A stretch of DNA of 64,000 nt from Lama guanicoe (GCA_013239625.1 MU054391.1:1951130-2015129); one strand, 5' to 3'. Positions 48,460 to 60,802 are shown, counted from the stretch's first letter. The notes: a model not told the origin generated them from the sequence alone. Program-made: numbers and translations.

Positions 48460-49250
48460 CCTGACTTACTCAACAAACACTTACTGTGTGCCGGCTGCAG
48501 GCCTGACGCAGTCCGGGGCACCTGGGATTCACCGGGGAAGCAGAGACAGCTCCCTCCCGCCTTCCCCAAATCTGTGTTTTCTGGAGAAAGGGGACGGGAA
48601 GGAGAGGACCGTAAACAGTGGATATACGTATACTGAGTAAGTATGCTTTCTAAGGTTGTGGGTGGAAAGCGGAGCCGGGGGCGGGGATTGCGGCAGTTGT
48701 CAAAGGGGGTGTCTGGTCAGACCCCCGTCAGGGAGCTGCCTTGTGAGCACAGACCCGAGGGGGGGTGCCTGTGGTCCTGGTGGAGATCGGGGGACATCGG
48801 CGAGCGCTGGGTCCTCAGTCTGGGAGCAGAAAGGCCCGCGCGGCTGCAGGAGGGAAGCCGGCGAGCCCGGGAGAGTGTGGCGCAGCTCAGGTTTGGAGGC
48901 TGGTCCCCGGGGCCGCCTGGAGACCAGACGTGGCAGCGGTCACGGCAGCAGCAGGCGGTGGGGGCCGCGGTGCAGGCGGGAGGCGGCGGGGGCCGCTGGA
49001 CGTAGGGCACAGGAGGCTGCCCTCTGAGGGGAGGCTGGGGCTGAGCCGGGAAGGGGTCCCGAGTGGCGGCGGCCGTCTGCAGGGATGCTGACGCTTTCCC
49101 GGCACCACGGAGGAGCTGCACGATCAATGGTGTGTCGCTGGCGCTGGCTGCATGGGGGTGGAGGCCGCAGGGCTGGAGTGAGGACGAGGCCGGGGAGGGG
49201 GACGACGCCTGTCTCAGGCCCACTCCTCAGGCCCCCTGGTGGGCAGCCCT
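48460..49250 (-). mobile_element. L2a-like 3' region (antisense), strongly GC/CpG-enriched
   Basis: acttactcaacaaacacttactgtgtgcc..gcagagacagctccctcc..gagcacagacccgagg..ccgcggtgcaggcgggaggcggcggggg. Confidence 0.7.
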
Positions 49251-49319
49251 CTCTGCCTCCCGCCTGAGCAGGCAAACACAGACGGTGCTTCCTTTTTCTT
49301 GTAAAATGGTCACCGCCTG

Positions 49320-49450
49320 GTAGGCCCCGCGGAGAGCTCAGCTCTGCCGCTCGGACCTGGACCTCTGACCTTCCGAAGCGGTGAGAAAACAGCCGTGTTG
49401 CTTCAGGGCGAAGCTGCGACCCCCTGTCATGCAGCGAAGACACAGTCCCG
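49320..49450 (+). mobile_element. MLT1 LTR 3' fragment
   Basis: ggacctctgaccttccgaagcggtgagaaaacagccgtgttgcttcagggcgaagctgcg..tgtcatgcagc. Confidence 0.55.
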
Positions 49451-50829
49451 CGGCCGGTGGGCAGCAGGCGTCCCGCCCGGCCGCCTCCCACCCCTGCGCC
49501 CACCTGCCGTCTCCCTGCGCTCAGTCCCGAGCACAGGCTCCCTCTGCAGCAGCTCCTCCTCCAGCCTCCTGGCCGCAGCCTCGCCCGAGGCTCAGCCCAT
49601 ATCTATGTGAGGTTTCTAGCTCGTGTTCCCATTTCTGGGTTTCCCTTTTGTCCTAGGTCTGCGAACAGCCAGGCAAATCCTTCCAAAGCTGGTTTCAATA
49701 TGAAAACTCTCTTTTAAAATATAGCAGCTCATTTATTCTTTTACTGTTCCATTAGATAGTTTTTGAGAGCCCACTGAGTACCAGTTTCGATGCCGGAATC
49801 CGTGCGCGGAGGAAGGCCTTGGGGGAAAGAACCTGAGAATGAACGCCCGCGCTGCGCACCAGGGAAGGGCCTTGCTAGAAGTGCACGCAGCGGTGCAGGT
49901 GCAAAGCACAGAGTGAGCATCTGGGGCGTCAGGGAGCCGTCACTGAGTCTCCTTGGTCTCCTGACACATCCTGGCCGATTCTTGCTTTTCCTTCCAGAAG
50001 CTTCTCCTGCTCATCCATTCCTACACCTTCCTGCTCTCCTGAAGCTCTTCTTTCTTCTTGTCATCCTTGGGTAAAAACTGTATTTTTCTTCGGTGAATTC
50101 GTACAGTTCTGAGTACCTGGTGTAAGTTAGCTATGGTTTTATCATTTAAAAATAAACTTAAAAAAAATCTTTTCTTGTCTTAACCTTCTCAGCGCCTCAG
50201 GGAGGAAGCCTTTTCCATTATCGCGTCTTTCACACAGGGCAGGCGCTCTGCAGATGCTGGTGGACTTGATTTAATTTTCTTTAATGTAGTAAAAATATAC
50301 ATCATTTCCTAAGACCACACGAGGTCAAAAGATCATTTTAATGGGATAAATTTGTCATCTCAAGTGACGCAGAAATACCTTTTACGGTTTTGAGGGAAAC
50401 TCAGTCATAAACAGCTCTACTGGGTCCTTTGTGGGGAAGGGACGCACACACCTGCCTTACTGATGCCTCAGGAAGACATGTGTGTGCTTCCCCTTATATT
50501 TCACACAGAGCAGCAATACAATGTTAAGGGCAGTTTTCCCTACTAGGGGCGTATGACATGTGCACGGGTCTCAGGAGTGAGACAGATACTTTCTGATGTC
50601 GCAAAGCAGATGCTGCTTTAGATATTTGTTTCCTTGTTTCTTAGCGGCCCTCTTCCTGGAGGAGTTAGAGATGAGAAGGTGCCAGACTCGAGGGTGCCCT
50701 GGAAGAGGGAATCTGCCTTCCTGAGTGGTTGCAAAATTGTGCCCACAGAGGAAGCGTGTACTTACACATTTTCCCAGGAATTGCAGGATGGCCCGACATT
50801 ACGGATTTGCCCACTTACTAACATGGACA

Positions 50830-52700
50830 AATGTTAATGTTCATCCACCATGATGACCACTGAAAGGCAAACAGTGGTATGATATTGATGGAAACATTAC
50901 TTGAAAAAGTTCTACATGTTCATTATTTTTCGAAAAAGCTCTTAGCAAGCTCTTAAGAGAAAGAAACTTTTCTAACAGATAACATGTGTTCATCTTTTAG
51001 AAGACCTGTACGCAGTTTCAATGTTCATGGCAGCAACTTAGATCCATCCCATCGAAGTCAGAGATGTTATAAGCACGCCCATTAGCACTCCTTCTGCCAA
51101 AGTTTAAAGAAAAGAAAAAAAGCAGAACCACTAGACCTGGCGAGACTAAGATGTCTTACATGCAGGTGAGAGATGGTCTGTGGACAAATCCAAAGGAACC
51201 CACCGACCTGCAGCCGCCAGGGAAGCTGGCGCATCTGCTGGGAACGAGATCAACGCGCAGAAGTCACACCAGAACAGCCGCGATCACGAGGCCTCCACTC
51301 ACAGCGCCCACAGCGCTCACAGGGCCCCAGGAATGAATCTACTGAATACGTGCAAAGTCTTTATAGAGAAAATTATAAACCCTTCCTGAATATTTGAACA
51401 AATGGAGAGTCACCTCACTTTCACGTCTGAAAAACACTCGATCTTCAATTTACTAACACTTCCCAAATTAGTCTTCCAATTCCACCAAGTTCCAATCAAC
51501 ATCTAGAGCAAGTTTTTCACAGACGCGTATAAACTGACGCTAAGATCACAGGGAAAAGCAGAAGGCTGGGGGCAGCTGGGGCCTTTTGAAGAATTACAGG
51601 TGGAGGAGTTTGCCCTTCCAGGTGGCGCGATTTATTACACGTCCATAGCAACTAAGCAAGTGTTGTATTATTATAGGAATAAACACATAAAGGGGTGAAA
51701 GAATAAAGAGCCCAGAATCAGACGGTCCTAGTTCTGGGACTGTGGTGATGAAGAACCACGCGCTGGGTGGCTTACAGCAACAGGAACATGTTCTCTCACG
51801 GCTCCCGGAGCTGGAAGTCCAAAGCCGGGGTGCCTGCAGGGCTGGGAAGAATTCGCCTTGCCTCCCCTGGCTTCTGCTGTTCGCTGGAAGTCCTCACCCT
51901 CCCTGGGCTTAGATGCATGAACCCAGCCCCTGCCTGCACGGGCACGCGGCCTTCCTCCCTGTGGTCTCTGTGTCTAACTTCCCTCTTCTGATAAGGACAC
52001 GAGTCGTTGGATTAGGGTCCACCCGAATTCAGTGTGATCTCATCTCAATTTGATCACATCTGCCAAGGTCCTATGTCCAAACAAGGTCACATTCACAGCT
52101 CTCGGGGGTCAGATTTGAACGTATCTTTTCAGGAGACACAGTTCAGCCCACAACACAGACCAGTGTGTACGCAGTATATCGGCAGAGGCTGCACTGCACA
52201 GCCGTGGAGAAAGGCTGCCCTTTCAATAGAATAAGAGGTCCTGGAAAAACCAGTGTTCTACGTGCGTCAGGAAAATGAGGACGTGCTACCTGACAGCATG
52301 TTCACTGGGGCAGGAACAGCATTGTTGGGGGAGACCCCACAGAGCAGAAGTGGTAGGAGGTGCACGGCCCCCACTGCCTCTGTGCACAGGGGCAGGGCAC
52401 GGGGCTCCATCCTGGTGGCCGCTGGCTGTGGGATCCTTATGCTGTGTCGCAGGAGCTGGGCCGTGCCCGGGGCCGTGGTCAACTCTGGGCCGTTCGCCTG
52501 TTCCACCACGTCAGGCTTCTCCCAGGATATCTGACACACAACAGAAGATGACAAACTCCCCTGAATGAGTTTCTCCTGAACAATGACCCCTTTACCTCTC
52601 ACTAACGAGAAGTTAAATGACATTGGATTCCTACCTCCCACGGTACCACAGAGAGTGACAGGGATTTAAAACTCTCAGGACAGGTAAGTGAATATCTTAA
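50830..52700 (+). mobile_element. Old L1M ORF2 relic (RT/C-terminal region), interrupted
   Basis: tggacaaatccaaaggaacccac..gagatcaacgcgcagaagtca..gtgcaaagtctttatagagaaaattataaa..gaataaagagcccagaat, continuing after the LTR. Confidence 0.7.
51724..52155 (-). mobile_element. MLT1C/B-like solo LTR with 5-bp TSD (CAGAC)
   Basis: gtcctagtt..ctgggtggcttacagcaacaggaa..tctcacggctcccggagctggaagtccaa..ggagacacagttcagcccacaaca. cagac at 51719-51723 and 52156-52160. Confidence 0.9.
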
Positions 52701-52994
52701 CGTCCGTGTCAGATATATTACAGTGTGTTTCCAGAGGGTGGTGAGTGGACCTAAATCTAGTCAATGGTATGGACTTTGTGGTTAAAGCCAGGGGAACCTG
52801 TCCAGAGCAGTCGTCCAGTGAGCGTGGAGACCTCCGGGGTCATCCAGTCTGAGTTCCCACCCACCACGCGGGGCGTCCAGTTTATGCCTGGGCATCTGTA
52901 GTCACCAGCCTCACACTCCATCTCAAGGAAACATGTTCCTATATCAGAAATCTCTCATTAAGATTCTATTACTGAATTGAAACTTGCCTCAAAT

Positions 52995-53260
52995 TTTCCA
53001 CCAATCAAAAAGTATTAAATCTCGGTCATGTGTTAGGAAATGTAATGGTGAATAAGGCAGTTCCCTGCCCTTAAGGGGTGTGCACAGTAGCAGGAGAGAC
53101 AGAGATATGAGACAGTCAGTCACTTACAAGGTGATGTAGGAAACAGGAGACACATCTGGAGAACAGAGATTAGAGGAAGGATGTTAATGCAGTCAGAGAA
53201 GGCTCCATAGAGGAGGCAGTATTTATGCTGGATTGTAAAAGATAAGTAAGAACGTTGCAA
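52995..53260 (-). mobile_element. L2 fragment (antisense)
   Basis: atggtgaataaggcagttccctgccctt..agtagcaggagagacaga..gtcagagaaggctccatagaggagg. Confidence 0.65.
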
Positions 53261-53280
53261 TGATCGAACTACTTTTCTAG

Positions 53281-53468
53281 CTACTGTATATAAAATAGAT
53301 AAACAACAAGTTTCTACTGTGCAGCACAGGGAACTATATTCACTATCCTGTAGTCACCTGTAATGAAAAATAATATGAAAATGAATACATGTATGTATAC
53401 GTGTGACTGAAACATGCTGCGCACCAGGCATTGACACGTTGTAACTGACTGTACTTCAACTGAAAAAA
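53281..53468 (+). mobile_element. Short L1 3'UTR end
   Basis: ctactgtatataaaatagataaacaacaagtttctactgtgcagcacagggaactatatt..gttgtaactgactgtacttcaactgaaaaaa. Confidence 0.9.
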
Positions 53469-53852
53469 GTGTACTTCTGTGGTAAATCATGTCCTCACTT
53501 TAGAGAAGAGCATTTTTCTGAGTGAACAGGGAAGTGGATGCTGCATTATAAAGGATGGGAGAGATGTCGGAGATGATGTTGGGGTGTGGCTGGGGAGGTT
53601 ACCCACAGATCAAGGACTTCTTCCCATGATTGCCTACTATCAATGAGTAAGTAATTCCAGGTAATAAGAAATAGATAATAAAAATCAAGAAGAAGAGAAT
53701 GAAATGAAATAAGAATATTAAAACGATCATCTTAAGTTAATAAAATGTTTAAAAATGGATGTTAGGCAGTGCTAAAAATAGATGATAAAAACCTGGGAAG
53801 GTAAGATTAATGATAGAGGGTAAAAATTAGACTAAGTGGAAATAATTTCAAC

Positions 53853-53924
53853 AGACTTTTAAAAGACATATAAGATTTTAAAAGACATGTAAGATTTTAA
53901 AAGACATACAAGATTTTAAAAGAT
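53853..53924. repeat. 19-bp tandem repeat, about 3.7 copies (aagattttaaaagacatay)
   Basis: Units at about 53853, 53872, 53891 and 53910 (partial). Confidence 0.9.
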
Positions 53925-55820
53925 GAAGGAACGTATACAAAAGATTAAGGACACTCAGTGTGAGAGATCTAGAGGATTCCGCGTGAAAACCAAATAAACA
54001 CAATTAGAATTTGGAAGGCAGAGTAGCTACATAGAATGAGGAATGAAGTTAAATCGTAAAGTGATTAATCTTTGAAAATATAGACGTAAAGGCAGTCAAG
54101 TAACGTAAAATCCTAAGATGTGAGCAAATTAAACGGAAGCCGTATCACCTGAGGGACAAGGATGGGGGGGGGAGCTTCTGGTCGCGTCCCAGGCCCGTGT
54201 TCTTCGCCTCCGGGCTGGATGGAGGGCCCCGTCCTCCAGGCCCCCTCCCCCCAGCTGCCCTGAGCCCAGCCAGCTCAGCAGCCCCACGCGCGTCCGACTT
54301 CCTAAAGGCGTTCATGCCGGTGTCGATGACAAAAGCTATTGTCTGTGGAGAACTTTGGATTCTAAAATATTTTCTGGCATCTGTGAATTAGGCACGTAAG
54401 CTTGTCAGTCATGCTTAGCATTCCATTTAGGACTAAAACAGGTAGGACTAAAAAAGGACAAATGATTTTGTCTTGGATTATCTGATTTTCATAAAAAAAT
54501 TATTGTAATTTATCTGTTGACTTTTACCTGTATCTCTCAGGGTCCTTTATTTTTAATTGTAGGAAAAGTAAAATCACTATGGGGGCCTGTGATTTTTCCC
54601 TTTAACATTTTTTTTCATTTTTCAGAAATCTGTCTAGAGGCTATGGAAAAGCTCAGAGGGACGTAAAAATAACATAAGAAGTAGAAAGAAATCCTCTGCA
54701 TATATGGGAATGCAAACGCTTCTGACTGACAGGCGGAGCCCTGCTCAGGGTCATCCAGCAAGAGACGTGCCTGTCAGCGTCCTGACCTGACGAGGAAAAG
54801 CATTGCCTTGTACAAACGGAGATTCCAGATCGCTCTCCCCCGTGCGGTGTTATCTTCAGAGAATAATGAAATTTCATCTTTCCCACCCAGATTGGAAAAG
54901 AATAAAATTAATTAACATCGTATAAAGACATTCATATATATATGCACACACTTGAATACACACATCCACACATCGCTGTCTCAGTCTGGCTTGGGAAGTG
55001 CAAGATTACTTTTTAAATTTCCATATCTTTCATTGTTAATAAGGAAGCACTGAATTATTTATTTAGTCACAAACTTTTTTCGCCCAGACTTCCTCAGGTT
55101 TATATAATGATGGCTGAGTTTCATTGAATGGCAGTATGTCTTCTAAGCGCTTTTATATAAAAGGCATCACCAAGATGACAATTTGCACACATGGCATTTA
55201 AGTCTTCAGCTCAGTGGAAGTTGACATGATGGTGAGAAACCAGCTGAGTCATGGAAGCAGCAGCGAGTGATCTGGCGACCGTTCGGACGGAGCGGAGACA
55301 CAGAGGTAAATGGGAGGGCTCTGTGCTCACTGGACAGCTGCTCTGGACAGATTCTCCTGGCTTGAATTTATCTCCGTGGGAGGACAGTGTTCTAAGCTTT
55401 TATATGTGCGCTTGGCCATGTGGAGCCAGCGGAGAGGGTCGCGTCGCACAGCCTGGCGGAGTAAAAGAGATGCGCTCACTTTCTCAGACTACAGGTGCTA
55501 GAGTTTTTAAGACTGAGTAGGAGTTAAGCAGGCAAAATGAGTGGTAAGGAAAGATGGTTAAGGCAGGGAAAGCAGGCGAGCAAAGACAAATGTGTCAAGT
55601 AATGACACGTGCACGCGGAGCTCAACAGTTCAGCCCCCGGAGCGCCATCCGGTGCGGCTGGAGGGGGACCAGGGCCGTGTCGTGGACAGTCTGTCTTTCT
55701 GCGTCTTCACCTGGCCTTACCTGTGTTTGCATGCCTCACCTGCCACGGGAGGAGCTTGGCTCTGCGTGACAGACTGTGTAGAGTTATTACAACATTTAAA
55801 GATGGTAGCTCCCCACGCAT

Positions 55821-55989
55821 CAGTGGTTCCCAACGTCAGGGTCAGAATCACCTGGGTGCTTGGTCTGACTCAGATTGCTGTGTCCCACTCCCAGTTTGAT
55901 TCAGCAGGTCTGTGAGAATTTGCATGTCTCACAGGTTCCTGGGTGATGCGCTGCTCCTGGTTCAAGGATGCACACTCCGAGGACCACCG
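55821..55989. mobile_element. MER5A hAT-Charlie DNA transposon
   Basis: cagtggttcccaac..cagaatcacctgg..cagattgctg..gattcagcaggtctg..agaatttgcatgtctcacaggttcctgggtgatgc..gaggaccaccg. Confidence 0.88.
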
Positions 55990-56459
55990 CCCTGTACAGA
56001 GGAGAGGTCCTGAAGCGGCTGGCTTTCAGTTCCCGCTGTCGCTGGTCCTGCTCTGGTGAGTCCGGCCCTGCTCCTACCGAAGTCTCAGGGCACCACTGCA
56101 GCTCGTGCAACCTCCATCCCACCGCATGGGTCCTGGAGCTATCTTCCTTCTTAACACCTGGGCTTTCGGCCTCCACGGTATCATTTTTTAAAAATGACAT
56201 TATTATACTGCTAGGGTGTTGGGCTTTTTATCCCCGATCTTCCCAGCCACCTCGCCGGGCGTGGGCCTCATTGCCGCTGGAATTCTGCCCCTGGCTTCTG
56301 TTAGTTCCAGCTGCCTTTTCCTGGGGTTCTTCGAGCGCTGTGTGATTTGACACTGCTCTGTGCTGAGCACCAGGGAACTTGGTCACAACATTCATGGCGC
56401 TGGAAAGGCCCTTTAAGGACAGACTGCCATTCTTCCACCTATTTTCTCTAAAATGACTT

Positions 56460-56890
56460 CTTTTTTCATTTTCAGATTCTGTTTCATTAATAGGTTACCA
56501 CAAGATATTGACTATAGTTCCCTGTGCTGTACAGTAGGACCTTGTTGTTTATTTTTTTTAACTTCTTTTTTTTTTAATTGAAGTAGTCTCAGTCACAGTG
56601 TGTCAGTTTCTGGTGCACAGCACACTGTCCCCGTCATGCACATACACATACATTCGTTTTCATTTTCTTTTTCATTAAAGGTTATTACAAGGTATTGAAT
56701 ATAGGTCCCTGTGCTGTGCAGAAGAACATTTTTTTAACCTATTTTTATATGTAGTGGTTAACATTGTTCATCTATTTTATATATAGTAGTGTGTATTTGC
56801 AAATCTTGAGCTCCCAACTTACCCCTTCCCACCCCATCCTCCCGGTAACCGTGTTTGTTCTCTCTGTCTGTGAGGCTGTTTCTGTTTGTG
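56460..56890 (-). mobile_element. L1 3'UTR fragment with a second L1 3' end (56553-56763) nested in it
   Basis: The block ggttattacaag..atattga..tagttccctgtgctgt occurs twice, with poly-T at 56552-56575. TSD-like ttgtttat (56545-56552) / ttgttcat (56764-56771). Confidence 0.85.
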
Positions 56891-57124
56891 AACAAGCGCG
56901 TCTGCCAGCAGGACTTTTGATGAGACGAGTGTTTCCCTCTGCTCATTGCCTTGCTGTTAGTCTCCATTTGTCGCTAGAGCAGGTGTGTCCCAGGGGAAGC
57001 TCCGTCTGCGTCCCCCACTTGCTGCCCCGTCACCGAGGTACTTCGCGTCACGAGCTTGGCTGTAACGTGGAAGTCGCCTGCAGGACCTGGGGAGCTGTTG
57101 TTTAGGGCACAGACTGGCAGCCAG

Positions 57125-57370
57125 CGGGTAGGTGGGCGCTGGAGACCTGCTGCACAACGCGGTGGTCGCGACCGAATGTGCTCTGCTGTGAGCGTGAGAG
57201 CCGCTGAGACCAGCTCTTAGCTGTTCTCAACACAGAGAAGCAGTGGAAATTCTGTGATGTGATAAAGGTGCTGGCCAGCCCTGCGGCCGCAATCGGATTG
57301 CAGCGTCTGTGCGGCCAAATCAACATGTTGCGCACCTCAAACTCACACTTTTATATCTCGGTGTTTGAAA
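57125..57370 (+). mobile_element. L1MA9/10-like 3' end, GC-shifted
   Basis: tcttagctgttctcaacaca..tgtgatgtgataaaggtg..caaatcaacatgttgcgcacctcaaactcacac..tatatctc. Confidence 0.75.
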
Positions 57371-59016
57371 CAGTCCACGTCCACCTACAGTGGAAGGAGG
57401 GTCAGGCATAGGCAGTGATTTAGTAGCTGCTTGGCTTCGAGGAAATTGCGTCACCCCCCTGGAACACGAACTTCCTTCCCGGCCAGCGAGGGTGGTGCTA
57501 CCAGCTCCTCGCTGCTTCGTGAGGGCTGTGCTGGGGCAGCAAAGGAAGCGCCTTGCCCAGCGCTGGCAGCGGGAAGGCCTTCGGCCCACGTGCGTTTTCC
57601 ATTCCTCCTCCTGCAGTGCCGCCTTCCATCTCCAGGGGTGACAGTGGGCAGAGGCCGGGACACTGAGGACAGTTTTGTTTATGTCAAATTGGTCAAGTCT
57701 TAAACTCAGAGACAACAGCTTTCTTAAAGTTCTTCAGGCCTCCAGTGGCACTTAATCATCTTTCAAATTATACCTGACAACGTTCAAGAGACAGTTTTCA
57801 GACCCTCTGATGTTTCCCTATAAGTGGATTTCAGAATTTCTCTTTGTCTTTATAGGGGGACTGACCACCCAATAGGTCAAGCTGTACACACACCGAACCC
57901 CAGACCAAACCAAACCAAACCAAACCAGCCAACAAACATCTGAGCACACTCCTGGTATATACAAGAACAAGGCGATGAGAGGTGGAGATTGGTCTGTGGT
58001 TCCAGACGGCAAATTTGGGTCAGTTTTGACTTTCTGGACCTAGCTGGATAACTATTATCAGTTGCCTTTTGTAAAAGCTCCAGAAAAAAAAAGCTTTTTC
58101 CTGAATATGCCTGAGTCATGATAGAAGGCAAATTCCTCTACGTATCAGCTTATTAAAATTCTGTGTCATAGACAAAGCCAAGGAAATAATTTTTGCCTCC
58201 TGCCTTACAGTGGACGAAGGCACTGATAGCGCTGAGAGAATTGTGTGTATTCAGAGATAAATAATAAGCACTGTTTCCTTTGGTGGCAATTTATGAATAA
58301 AGTGAGTCATTGCAACATACAGGATCCTGGTTTTGTCATTGTAGGACTGCGTTCAGTTTACAATGGCTAGAAAAGGCAATGGCAGGAGTGCAGTTAGTCT
58401 TATAAGAAAAAATCGATCTTTATTGCATTCTGTGCTACAATGAAATACAAAGTAAACCTATAAGAGCATGAGGGTGTGTGGAATTATTTGCTCCATGCAG
58501 ACAGACAATGTGTGTGGAGGTAACTTCTGGTCAAGACTGACGGAGAGCCGCCCGGGAGGACCCCGCACGCTGTGCTCTGGGACCACGGTTTTCATCAGAT
58601 GGGTCTTTGTGTGAGTTCATCTTCACCAAGGAAACCAGTGCCCCCTCGCGTCATGACAACCCACCATTCTTTGGACTTTATTAATCTTGTCTGTTCTAAA
58701 ACGAGTCCAAAAATGTCACCTTGGTTACCAACGGGAGCCACGTCCAGCTCAGCTGAGGTGTTCAGCTCATGGTCAAAATTTATAGGGAAATAAACATTTA
58801 GAAGCTTCCAGGCAGACCTTGCCAGATACTGACTTTGGTCTTAAGAAGACACCATGTAGAGCATCAAACAATATTGAACACATGTGTATGAAATCTTTAT
58901 GCGATGACTTAAAAATGGTCCATCTAACAGTTGCTTTAAGGGTGCTTCTCCTTTCCTGCCTCCTCCAACACCTGCACCGGGGGGTCACTGTGCTGCCCTC
59001 GCACTGGGGCGCTTAC

Positions 59017-59093
59017 ACATCCTGCCTTCTGCGTGGCCACCTCTGTGAAGTCGGGGCTGTGGTGCACCACCGTCTTCACCGTCATCTCTTGTT
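59017..59093 (-). other. Candidate exon (77 nt), minus strand; best splice signals in the window
   Basis: Minus strand reads tactgaacttctttcgatctttatttttctcatttgcag|AACAAGAGATG...GCAGGATGT|gtaagc. Long AG-free polypyrimidine tract, and open in two frames (e.g. EQEMTVKTVVHHSPDFTEVATQKAGC). Confidence 0.45.
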
Positions 59094-59954
59094 CTGCAAA
59101 TGAGAAAAATAAAGATCGAAAGAAGTTCAGTAACTGGTCCAAGATTCAAATGGTAAGTGGTTCCGTGAATAGAGAGTAAGACAAACGAAGAACACTCTCT
59201 TGGGAAAAACTTGTGGAGCTTTCTTAATGATTCAAGGAATGAGATACTGTGGTAATTATTAAAAAAGATGAAAGAAAGAAAGGAAAGAAGGAAAAAAGAA
59301 AGGAAGGAAGGAAAAGGAAAGAATATCTAGGAAGCTACTGATTGAAGGGGTGGTGGCTGCGCAGACGGGAGTCACCAGGGCTGACTTCCCACCTGGGGAC
59401 AGAACCGCGGCTGATCACGGATTCCGAAACGAGGACCTGTATTCTCAGAAAGTAGTCTGAAAGAGACAGCGTTTTCATTTCCCGTCTTTTCTGAATGATG
59501 TCACAGATGCAGTGCCTGCTACCTTAGTTTTCTCAAATTGGAACTTTTCTTCCTTCCTTCGTCCCTTCCTTCCTCCTTTGTTCCTTCCTTTTCTTCCTTC
59601 CTTTTTTTTTTTTGGTTTATTCACTTGTCACAAAGACATTTTTACTGAAATGTCATCATTTTTTCTAATAGTCAGTGATGGTGACTGCAGAGTCCTGGAG
59701 ACCAGGGAGAAGACTGAATGTGCAGCCTAGCGAGGAGGGATGTTCTGTCCTGATTCACCAGCAAACAGCGTGTCTCCTCAGATTGCTGAGAGAGCTTCAC
59801 AGCCAAAGGAAGAAATGGATGGGGAAGCTTTCCAAGTCTTTATTTCCTCTTGGAGTATCGATAAGCACGTTTTCCATTGTGCTTTCCAAATTGCTTTGTC
59901 TTGATTTAGTCTGCACTTGTTTTGGGGAACAAGTTCCTGCAGTGAGAAGAAGTA

Positions 59955-60090
59955 CCAGCTATGGAGCCGGAATACGCAGGATCTGCCAAAAGCCCGTAGC
60001 CTTGTGCACGGCACTCTCCTGGCAAACTTCGGTTTCCCACATGCAGAAGGGAGATGGTAACTCCATTTTTTGTAAAGATTGTATGATGTG
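59955..60090 (+). mobile_element. MIR fragment
   Basis: gctatggagccgga..cttcggtttcccacatgcagaagggagatggtaa..ttttgtaaagatt. Confidence 0.55.
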
Positions 60091-60309
60091 GCACACGTAT
60101 GAATCTACTGTAGTGGTTGGGACATAAGCTAGACTAAATAAATGCTGTTTCCAATCCTTTCTCAACACAACAATTACCTGTCTCTGACAGAGCACAATAT
60201 TTGACATCTATTCACCAGTTTTAAATATACGAGCCCATGATTACAATCTGAAGTGAAGGGGCAAATGATTTTCAATGAAATTAAGTTCATTAAATAAAAA
60301 TGCTTACTA

Positions 60310-60763
60310 TTTTTGGAGTATAGTCCGTTTACAATGGTGTGTTAGCTTCTGGTGTGCAGCATAGTGATTCAGTCATACATACATCTATATATATTTCTTT
60401 TCATATTCTTTCCCTTGTAGGTTATTACAAGGTATTGAATAGAGTTCCCTGTGCTGTACAGTAGAAACTTGTTGTTTATCTATTTTATATGTAGTAGTTT
60501 GTATCTGCAATTCCTGAATTCCCAATTTATCCCTCTCCACCTCCTTCTCCCCAGTAACTATAAATTTGTTTTCTATGTCTGTGAGTCTGTCTCTGCTTTG
60601 TAAATAAGTTCATTTGTGTCATTTTTTAAGATTTCACATATAAGTGATGTCATGTGATATTTTTCTTTCTCTAACTTACTTAACTTAGTATGATAATTGC
60701 CAGGTCCATTCACGTTGCCGCAAAATGGCATGATTTTCTTCTTTTTTATGGCTGAGTAGTATT

Positions 60764-60802
<39 letters not shown>

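Noticed and set aside
52670..52690. Strong donor CAG|gtaagt
   Set aside because: Inside a decayed L1 ORF2 relic, with no convincing upstream acceptor.
54595..54680. Strong plus-strand acceptor ttttttcatttttcag
   Set aside because: All three frames stop within about 55 nt and the nearby donor is weak.
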